A DNA stretch of 64,000 nucleotides from Hyphomicrobiaceae bacterium. Its GTDB lineage: Bacteria; Pseudomonadota; Alphaproteobacteria; Rhizobiales; Hyphomicrobiaceae. The DNA lies in the NCBI GenBank assembly GCA_033812735.1, contig JAPXTA010000001.1, forward strand, positions 22,810 to 86,809. Reading direction: 5' to 3'. This document shows, in pieces, positions 53,761 to 61,597 of the stretch. The position numbers and the translations under genes are program-made. The stretch's first letter is position 1, and each line of letters opens with the position of its first letter. The notes below the pieces were generated by a model that was not told where the DNA came from, ran no database searches, and saw only the letters and a program-made list of their open reading frames with translations.

Positions 53761-54029
53761 CGATGCTCCGTTGAGCGTTCGGCTTCGAAGAAGGGCTCGA
53801 TCACGCGAATGAGTGCGCGCATGGATGCGGCACAAAAGCGCTTATCGACCGTCGAGAGGTTCCGCATGTCGCGTGGATGCAGGCGCAGAACGGCGTGGAG
53901 TGTGACTTCGTTGATGAAGGCTTCACTGTCGCGGCGCTTCAGGCATAGGCTATGATGGCGCACGACTGGGCGGATGGCACGAATATAGTCCATCTTGATG
54001 TGTCGCGTTTCAGGCTTTCTGCCGACCAT
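53757..54029 (-). CDS. Hypothetical protein (90 aa)
   Basis: It is the first gene of the operon and follows an AT-rich promoter region. Confidence 0.4.
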   Translation of the reverse strand: MVGRKPETRHIKMDYIRAIRPVVRHHSLCLKRRDSEAFINEVTLHAVLRLHPRDMRNLSTVDKRFCAASMRALIRVIEPFFEAERSTEHR

Positions 54030-54320
54030 TTCCTCTCCGTTATTTTAAGCGAAAGATAAATCGTTGAGATTAAAATGTGCCTAATATGAAATGTTAACCA
54101 TGCCGTCAATAAATCCAATTTGCGTGACAATCTGCCGGGAAACGCGAGCATAGCCAGGTGTCAACAATATTGTCCAACACATGGCACCATTTCACCGGCA
54201 AGCTAGTTAATGTATCTTAATGTATGAAAGTTGGTTGCGAAAATCACGCGCAATATCAATTGATGTTTATTTGCTAATAATAGTATGATATCTCCGGCGA
54301 TTTAGTAGAAGAAGGAAATC

Positions 54321-54980
54321 ATGGCCAATGCGACAATAGCGGGTGTCACTGTAAAAACGCGGGGCGTGCAGATTTCGGAGCGAATAACTCAACAAGGCAT
54401 CCTTCCGCCTCGCGATGCGACCGAGATCACAATCGAGAACAACAGTGGCCAGAATATTCGATGGATAAACATAGAAATTGGCTACTACATTCATCGCACC
54501 AGCCAATTCAAGCAGGCTGATGGAACAACTACTTATCTGCACCGTGGTTGGGTTAGCGAGAGAAGAGCACTCCAAAATCTGGAAGCTGGTTCAAGACGAA
54601 CAATTTACTCCGACGATGACAATCCAAACGGCACAATAGCTTTCATCTATGGAGAGTTCACCGGAGGGCAGACATTCAAGTGCGACAAGGGCATAAGATT
54701 TGGGGTAGAGATAAAGCAATCTGGTTGCTTTATCGCAACAGCTGCATATCGTGATCATGATCATCCGTTAGTGATAGAGCTGCGCGGGGTTCGCGATGAG
54801 ATCCTGGTCAGAACAGCAAAGGGAAGACGATTTATTCGCTGGTATTATCGAAATGGTCCGCATTTCGCCGCCATAGTTGCGCCTAGCCCCATTCTCAGAG
54901 CTGCAAGCCGCGCCATCTTGACGCCCATTGCGCAACTTGCCCGGTTGAGGCGTCGGTTCATCGCGCGCAAGATGCCATAA
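54321..54980 (+). CDS. Hypothetical protein with a conserved C-terminal Cys-motif module (paralogue 2)
   Basis: It has GCFIATAAYRDHDHPLVIELRGVRDEIL...FIRWYYRNGP. The N-terminal block EITIENNSGQNIRWINIEIGYYIH matches VEIIVRNKSPLVIRWCSVDIFYEH in paralogue 1. Confidence 0.6.
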   Translation: MANATIAGVTVKTRGVQISERITQQGILPPRDATEITIENNSGQNIRWINIEIGYYIHRTSQFKQADGTTTYLHRGWVSERRALQNLEAGSRRTIYSDDDNPNGTIAFIYGEFTGGQTFKCDKGIRFGVEIKQSGCFIATAAYRDHDHPLVIELRGVRDEILVRTAKGRRFIRWYYRNGPHFAAIVAPSPILRAASRAILTPIAQLARLRRRFIARKMP

Positions 54981-55189
54981 TATTTCCAGATCCGTACAGA
55001 CAGTAGTATTCGAAGACGCCAATATTGGATTGCGGATTTGTAGTTGCTTTGCACGACCGTCGGAGCGTGGGAGCCGCTCCGCAATGCGTTGGTGCCTATA
55101 ATTATCTTCTATCTATTACTCCTTTTGTGATGTCGGAAATGCCTTCATGTGCTTAACGTCAATTTAATATTGTTTGCCTTATAATTACA

Positions 55190-55699
55190 TTGATGATTTG
55201 GAAGATGCCTGGACACATATCGAAGCAACTGGACATTGCCATTCTCGTTGGAGCTGTCGCGTTAGCAGTAGTCGGCGGCTTGTACATTTTCGTCGAAGAG
55301 CTCCGTGGCCAATCAGTCGAAGTCACAAGAAGCGCTGCGGCCCAATCCGGGGATCATGCGCTGGACTTCGAACGAGATGTGTTGATCAAGTCCCAAATAA
55401 TTCCTTCGCTGAAGGGCGCCTCTCCGACCTTGGGTGGACTGCGATCCACAGCGGGTGGAAGCGTGATTGCGCTGGCCCGCCAGAATCGGTTGGTGGGGAT
55501 TGCTGTTGCCTATCCGGCTCGGACCGGTCAGGTCCTCACATTCTCAGATCAGGATCACGCTCCTATCGCCTCCGAGCATATTGGAAGTGGGGCGGGGATA
55601 GCTCTAGTCGGCGAGAAAACGCGCCAAATCCGCTTCCACCTGGATGGCGCCTTTGTTGAGGAGCTTGATTTGTCCGGAGCTGCGTTGCTGGCTCGCTGA
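55190..55699 (+). CDS. N-terminally membrane-anchored protein (169 aa)
   Basis: It has the TM helix LDIAILVGAVALAVVGGLYIFV and lies directly upstream of the DotA/TraY-like gene. Confidence 0.5.
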   Translation: MMIWKMPGHISKQLDIAILVGAVALAVVGGLYIFVEELRGQSVEVTRSAAAQSGDHALDFERDVLIKSQIIPSLKGASPTLGGLRSTAGGSVIALARQNRLVGIAVAYPARTGQVLTFSDQDHAPIASEHIGSGAGIALVGEKTRQIRFHLDGAFVEELDLSGAALLAR

Positions 55700-55741
55700 A
55701 TTAACTATTACTTTCATTGATTGCGAAATATAATAGCATTA

Positions 55742-58474
55742 ATGAGGCTTGTTTTCTGTTCAGCATTATTTGTGTCGATGGTCGCATTTGCCGTTCTGCC
55801 GAATGCGGCCGCAGCTGCGCCTACGGGAGTCCAGGACGGGATGTTCGATTGCCTTGCAGGCAATCTGGATTGGGGCTGCAAGATCATCAACTACCTGTTC
55901 GCATCGACGGACAACACGGCCTACTACTGGAAAGACAATCAGGTTGTCGAAGACCATCCCATTTCCGCGATAGCTGCGCTGAGGGCGCTGTTGTGGTTTT
56001 TCAGTAATGCCCTGCTGGTGATTGCTTCGGTTAAGCTCCTCTATGAGCTGCTGCAGATGACCGCGGAGACGGCGCACACCGGTCAGATCGGCGGGAAGGA
56101 TGCGAACCGGCTCTGGGCACCCATCCGTCTCGTGATTGGGATTGGTCTGCTTGTCCCACTCTATCATGGATCGGGTCTTGGCTCGGGCCAGTACATCGTC
56201 TTGCAGATTGCAAAGTGGGGCTCGGCTTTGGCCAGCCAAGGCTGGCGCGTCTTCGCTGAAGCCTTAACCGAAGATCAGAAGCTCTCGGCGCCCAGTGTTC
56301 CGCGCGTTCGGACTTTAGCTGTCAACGCGATCAAGTCGTATGCCTGCATGTACATTGTCAACTACTACGCCCGTGAGACCGACACACCAAAAGAGCGGGT
56401 AGTCGACGAGAGCCAGCCATTGGGCGATTCTTCTCGGGTCGTGTTCCGTAACGAAGCCAAGAACAATGTCTGCGGGACGATCACGTTCAAGGTGCCGAAG
56501 ACGCAGTTTTCCAGCTACGACGATGCGCGCATCTCGCTGCAACTGACGCAGATGAACCATGACGACTTCATCAGGGCCATCCCGAACCTGAAGAAGATCG
56601 GCTTCGACATGGCCGACTATCAGTTGCCCGAGAAGCTGAGCAACGAAGAGCCGTCGACGCGATCCATCGACGAGGCAGTGCGTGAATACCAGAACGCTAT
56701 CGCTCAGCGGCTGAAGAGCTCAGCTATCACCCAGAACGCCCTGAAGGAGATCACTGCGAAGGTGCAGCAGGCTGCTGACACGCAGGGCTGGACTTCGGCG
56801 GGTTCGTGGTTCTTGGCCATCACGCGGGCGCAAGGCCAGATCATCACCGGCGGGCTCAACATTCCCGACGCGAGTGGTCCTGACCCCGCGCGCGTTGCCG
56901 CTGCGAGCAGCGACGCGGCGCGTGACTACGCGAAATTCGAGACTTGGCTCAACGAGTCCTATCGTTCGCAAGATCGGAATCCGCCAGCGCAAGGAGGTGC
57001 AGGGGCACCAGGCACCAACTGGAACACGATCACGGTTGGCGAAGAGCGCAGCTATATGGATTCGCTTCGCGAGTATGCTGAAGGCGCGGGGCAAGTGACG
57101 ATCGATACCGTGTTGGGGTGGCTGGACTCCGGCGCTCAGGCAATCGGATTGTGGGATTCGGACCCGCGCAAGGCATTTGGTGATTTGGGAGGGAGCAGTA
57201 ATCCATTCGGCGAAATGGCCGCTCTTGGCCATCGTAAAATCCGGCTTGGCTTGGACTATTTCGGTCTTGCCATACTTGCTACGACAGGTGGTGGGCTACT
57301 GAAAGCTGGGGGTAAGATCGCAGACAAACTTGGTGCGCCGGGTTGGATTGAAGGACTGTCTGCAGCGCTCGGGACTGGATTAAGCGTAGTGGCAACCATT
57401 GTCATGCTTATCGCAACGCTATTTTTGCTGGCTGGTGTTATTTTGGCATTTATTGTCCCGATGTTACCATTCACGAAATTCTTTTTCTCGATTCTCACCT
57501 GGCTCGCCAGCCTGTTCGAGGCAATAGTGCTCGTGCCATTCATGGCGTTGGCCTTCTTGACACCAAAGGGCGAAGGTTTTGCAGGGCCCAATACGCGCAA
57601 TGCGTTCTTCCTGATCTTCCAAGTTTTTCTGCGTCCAATCCTCTGCGTAATAGGTCTCGTGGCTTCGATGATCCTGTTCTACGTCGCAGCCAAATTCTTG
57701 AATGCGTCATTCTACGAAGCCACCAGCGGCGTTGGGATCTACGAAGGCAGCGCGATGAAGTTCATGCAGAAGCTCGTATACAGCATCATGTACGTGGCGC
57801 TCGTCTATACTGCCGCAAATACTACTTTCAAGATGATTGAGCACCTCCCGAAGCACGCGCTGCGATGGATGGGGGGCGGTGCCCAAGAGGAAAGTTACGA
57901 TGATCATAGCACCTTCGGACAGCTAGCGGCAGCGGTCGGCGGGCAGCAGCTAATCAACAATCTACAATCTTTGCCGGAAAAGTTTACTGGGGTTGTGACA
58001 GGACCTGCGCAGGCCATTGCTGATAGTATAGGTGCTAAGCAAGACTCTGCGTCGGCAAAAGGAAAACAAAATCAACTGGTCAATAGCCAACTTCTTGCGG
58101 GCGGCGGGAGCCTCCGCCACGGGATGACCGAGAAAGAAGAAAACGCGGTAGATATGTCTGACGTCCACATCAATCAGACTCAGTCGCGTCTTGATGTCGC
58201 TCGCGGTCAGGCCGCCGATTTCCAACAGCAAATCGACAATGACGTAGCAGCGTTGGGCACGCCGGGACTTCCTCCTGCTCGTCGGGCTGAACTTGGCCAG
58301 TCGATCCAGAGAAATGTCAACAATCTTGCGGCTATGGGCATTGCAGCCCGCCTCCCAGCGGCGGCAACGCCCGGTTACACATTGCCACCACCCTCGATAC
58401 GCCCAAGGCGAACGAACGAGATCAACGATCTTGAGGTCCGATTGTCAGAGTTGCTCGCCAATAGGAATGCATAA
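55742..58474 (+). CDS. Large polytopic membrane protein, DotA/TraY-family-like
   Basis: The ATG at 55742 gives the signal peptide MRLVFCSALFVSMVAFAVLPNAAAA. The block TAETAHTGQIGGKDANRLWAPIRLVIGIGLLVPL...GSGQYIVLQIAKWGSALASQGW matches my recollection of the DotA/TraY signature. Multiple TM helices occupy residues ~560-720. Confidence 0.55.
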   Translation: MRLVFCSALFVSMVAFAVLPNAAAAAPTGVQDGMFDCLAGNLDWGCKIINYLFASTDNTAYYWKDNQVVEDHPISAIAALRALLWFFSNALLVIASVKLLYELLQMTAETAHTGQIGGKDANRLWAPIRLVIGIGLLVPLYHGSGLGSGQYIVLQIAKWGSALASQGWRVFAEALTEDQKLSAPSVPRVRTLAVNAIKSYACMYIVNYYARETDTPKERVVDESQPLGDSSRVVFRNEAKNNVCGTITFKVPKTQFSSYDDARISLQLTQMNHDDFIRAIPNLKKIGFDMADYQLPEKLSNEEPSTRSIDEAVREYQNAIAQRLKSSAITQNALKEITAKVQQAADTQGWTSAGSWFLAITRAQGQIITGGLNIPDASGPDPARVAAASSDAARDYAKFETWLNESYRSQDRNPPAQGGAGAPGTNWNTITVGEERSYMDSLREYAEGAGQVTIDTVLGWLDSGAQAIGLWDSDPRKAFGDLGGSSNPFGEMAALGHRKIRLGLDYFGLAILATTGGGLLKAGGKIADKLGAPGWIEGLSAALGTGLSVVATIVMLIATLFLLAGVILAFIVPMLPFTKFFFSILTWLASLFEAIVLVPFMALAFLTPKGEGFAGPNTRNAFFLIFQVFLRPILCVIGLVASMILFYVAAKFLNASFYEATSGVGIYEGSAMKFMQKLVYSIMYVALVYTAANTTFKMIEHLPKHALRWMGGGAQEESYDDHSTFGQLAAAVGGQQLINNLQSLPEKFTGVVTGPAQAIADSIGAKQDSASAKGKQNQLVNSQLLAGGGSLRHGMTEKEENAVDMSDVHINQTQSRLDVARGQAADFQQQIDNDVAALGTPGLPPARRAELGQSIQRNVNNLAAMGIAARLPAAATPGYTLPPPSIRPRRTNEINDLEVRLSELLANRNA

Positions 58475-58481
58475 CCACGAG

Positions 58482-59054
58482 CTAAGCTGTGGTTGTTGGC
58501 AGCGCCGCCGCGGCTTTCTGAACAGGATGTTGGCGTGCTGCTTGTCTATGAGCGAACTCTTCTGGTTCAGTTGTAGACTGCACGGTGTGTCGATTTGCCA
58601 GTGAGGCATACGGCGTAGTCGGAATAGGTTCAACGTGCTGAGCGCTTGGAGGACTGGGCTCAGCTTTCAGCTTTGCCTTGTCTAAGAGTGGATCGACGAC
58701 GAAGTGAGAAACGACGCCTCCAACTATCAGACTGCCCACAGCGATCGTTGTGCTGCCTGCAACGGTAGCTGCAACAGCAGGGGCTGCTGCGGTAGCCAAG
58801 GCTGTTGCGCCGACCATCAATCCGATACCGACGCCGAGCTTTGTCGTCTCGACCGCTACGTTCCATGCCTTCTGCCATCCCGAGGTCTTTGTGTCGCTGT
58901 AGGCATCCAGGATGCCTTGGACAGGCGCTCGGGCGACGTCCCCCCAGCTCAAATCGGTATACTTTTCTTTGACGAATGCGGTAGCCGCCGCAAGTAAGCC
59001 CCAGCCGAGAAGCGTTCGTGGCTTAGGCAGCTTATGAGTTGACGGTTCGGCCAT
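58482..59054 (-). CDS. Membrane protein (190 aa) with a Gly/Ala-rich TM region
   Basis: It has TKLGVGIGLMVGATALATAAAPAVAATVAGSTTIAVGSLIVGGVV. Confidence 0.5.
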   Translation of the reverse strand: MAEPSTHKLPKPRTLLGWGLLAAATAFVKEKYTDLSWGDVARAPVQGILDAYSDTKTSGWQKAWNVAVETTKLGVGIGLMVGATALATAAAPAVAATVAGSTTIAVGSLIVGGVVSHFVVDPLLDKAKLKAEPSPPSAQHVEPIPTTPYASLANRHTVQSTTEPEEFAHRQAARQHPVQKAAAALPTTTA

Positions 59055-59188
59055 GGAAATCCTTTGTATATCACCGATATTAATGTTTTATAATTAATTC
59101 CATGTTAATTATGCTGCATTCGATGATTTGATTTGATGGGCAGCCGTATTGCGGTTTGCAATTTTCTATATTGTAACTGGAGTAATAA

Positions 59189-60301
59189 ATGGCCATTTGG
59201 GACAAGATCGTTGGGCGTGTATTTGGCGCGGCGATAGAGCGCAAGGTCGCAGAGCGAGTTGCAGCCGAAGGAGCGACACGAGGCGCGACGGAGAGAACTG
59301 CGACTGCAGCCGCAAGCGAGACTGGCGCACGGGCGGTGATTGAAGGGGCCACTGAGAGGGTTACCGTGAAGCCTGCGTCTAGTGTACTGTCCAAACTTTG
59401 GAATACAGGTAGAGAAGGTGGCTACGGGGCCGGAACTTGGCTTGGAGACGTAGCCGGTCGCTGGGCGATCCGAGGCCCTGTAAAAGCGGCGCGTGCCGCG
59501 CTCGGCATTAGCGTGGTCGCAGACGTTGGAATGAACGGTGTAGACCCAAGAGGTTGGACCGTTACCCCGCAGATTTTGCGCGACGGTAAGGACATCGTGA
59601 CAGGGGCGAGAGCGCCTATCGACGTTGCGACGGGACACATCACCAAGGGTGTTCAAGCCCTGGGCCAGAAACGACCGGATGCAGCGCAAGCACCTATCGA
59701 CACGAGAGCATTGGAGGGGCAAGCCCCGCGCATGAAAAGCGTTCGCGAAGGTCTCGCGAAGGGAGACCGTCCCGGCGTTGAACCCTATGTTCCGCCGAAA
59801 CAAGCTCCGCGACAATTGTCGCCGGAAGAACAAGCCCGGCAGGATCTTGCAGATCGGAGAGCGAGTTCCCGGCGTTCTGCTGACCTTGCTGCGCATGCGA
59901 CGCTGTACGCTGCCGCTGGAGATGAGGGACGGGCAGAGCTGATAGCGAAATCAACATGGGGTCGGTTTTTGGCTGCCACGAAGCATGACGGCACGCGGCA
60001 GTTGGTTTACGAGACGGGCGACCAGGCCGCTCGCCGACCAGCGATATTCCGCGGTGCGAACGGTGTGCAAGTACGCGTCGATCCTAAGGGCGAAGCGTTT
60101 GTCGTGACCGATCAGGGTGTATTGGCGTCGCCGGCTGGTTCGAAAAAGGTCGAGATCGATGTGTTTCGCGTCCAGCCGGACGGATCACCAGGGAAGAAGC
60201 TCGATACGATCAAGATCGACGAATTTCCAACAGGTCCAGAGCGGCGCGGTGACGTCGCTCCGCCTGCGACGCGACGGTCGCCTGGAGTTGCGCCAGGCTA
60301 G
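59189..60301 (+). CDS. Hypothetical protein (370 aa)
   Basis: The ATG follows an AT-rich promoter region. I recognise no motif. Confidence 0.5.
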   Translation: MAIWDKIVGRVFGAAIERKVAERVAAEGATRGATERTATAAASETGARAVIEGATERVTVKPASSVLSKLWNTGREGGYGAGTWLGDVAGRWAIRGPVKAARAALGISVVADVGMNGVDPRGWTVTPQILRDGKDIVTGARAPIDVATGHITKGVQALGQKRPDAAQAPIDTRALEGQAPRMKSVREGLAKGDRPGVEPYVPPKQAPRQLSPEEQARQDLADRRASSRRSADLAAHATLYAAAGDEGRAELIAKSTWGRFLAATKHDGTRQLVYETGDQAARRPAIFRGANGVQVRVDPKGEAFVVTDQGVLASPAGSKKVEIDVFRVQPDGSPGKKLDTIKIDEFPTGPERRGDVAPPATRRSPGVAPG

Positions 60302-60408
60302 GTCGTCAGCACCCGTTACCGAATACCGCTGTCATTGGACTGAAAATGCAGCGTTCGTTCGCCAGGCCAGCAAGAATGTCGGGACTAGGGTTGATTTTTC
60401 TGAATGAG

Positions 60409-61038
60409 TTATCGTGCGACTATTGGAGTTGACGTTTCGCGAGAGCGCGCTTTGCTTTTTGGTCGGATCGCTGCAATTGACTCGGCCACGACATGAAGCG
60501 CGGTTCTGAGGCGGCGCAGATGAGTGAAGTTGTGAGCAACTACGCCGTTGGCAACAAAGGTGTGTTCGCCTTCTGTGACCAAATTGTAGACTGGAACCTT
60601 GTCAGGGAGCGACGTGATGCTGTTAATCTTGGCGGCGTCTCCCGTAGCAAGGATCATTTGATCACTTGGCTTGAGCCGGTCAATTCGGCGCCATCCGCTG
60701 CGTGTGAGTACGGTATGGTTAGGTGTGGCCCGCAAGGACGTGCCGTTGCTGAGCTCGACAGTCACAATTCTTGCGGGCTTGTGTGATTTCAGCCGAGACA
60801 CTTTGCGCTCAACTAATTGTGATCGTGTTGCATCCCACGACATCACGATTGTACCAGGCGCAATTGTGCTTATCCGGCGACTCCCACCGGGTGTCTGGAT
60901 ATCAGTGTCGCCGGGAAAACAGCTCTGCGAGTGCTGAATTCCTTGGCGATAGGAGTCGTTGTTGTTGTATTTGTCGCTATCGTAGTAGCCGCCACTGCCG
61001 TGATTGTATCCATCCCAATAGTCATTTTCGTCGCTCAT
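60409..61038 (-). CDS. Minimal Hint-domain (bacterial intein-like) protein
   Basis: The ATG at 61038 lies 5 nt after GGAGG. The Hint N-terminal block is SCFPGDTDIQTPGG and the C-terminal block is VYNLVTEGEHTFVANGVVAHN. The flanks are only ~38 aa and ~39 aa. Confidence 0.8.
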   Translation of the reverse strand: MSDENDYWDGYNHGSGGYYDSDKYNNNDSYRQGIQHSQSCFPGDTDIQTPGGSRRISTIAPGTIVMSWDATRSQLVERKVSRLKSHKPARIVTVELSNGTSLRATPNHTVLTRSGWRRIDRLKPSDQMILATGDAAKINSITSLPDKVPVYNLVTEGEHTFVANGVVAHNFTHLRRLRTALHVVAESIAAIRPKSKARSRETSTPIVAR

Positions 61039-61333
61039 TCCTGCCTCCATAAAAATAATGCAAAATGATTATTGCAAGTAATCATCGACAAGGTGCAAGT
61101 TGTTTCTGAAGTGAAATAATACTTTCGTGTCGTTTGGCCATTTTGAGTAAATAGGGCAATCAAAATTGTTATATTTGCGAGCGTTGGGTCGATACGGGTT
61201 GTGCTGGGCGACGCTGCGTTTGGTGAAGCGGCAGTAATGAGGTGCTTGATATCAACCTAATGGGACGGTGAGTGGTTTTATATCTACCTGTCTCATTCGA
61301 GTCTTCATCCATCGCAGGCAAGGGATGGGTGCC

Positions 61334-61561
61334 ATGAGCAAGCGCAATCAAGCAGCGCAGCAGATTCACATTCAGTGGACCGCTGGGTCAACTGACGAGC
61401 TGTGTGATTCCAGTCAACCTTCGAGAGTCCAAATCAAAGCCTTGGCGATCGCCCTTGGCCATCTGGCGGCCCGGATGGAGCGCGCTCGCGCGAAGCGGAC
61501 CAAAGCGACTTGCGCCATGATTTCGGCTGCAGGAACGGGTAGGAAAGAAGCTTCCTCGTAA
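61334..61561 (+). CDS. Small hypothetical protein upstream of the serine recombinase gene
   Basis: The ATG at 61334 follows AAGGGA. There is no homology evidence. Confidence 0.3.
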   Translation: MSKRNQAAQQIHIQWTAGSTDELCDSSQPSRVQIKALAIALGHLAARMERARAKRTKATCAMISAAGTGRKEASS

Positions 61562-61597
61562 GCCATACCCGATCAGCGAAGCCTGTAGCGGAGTGAT

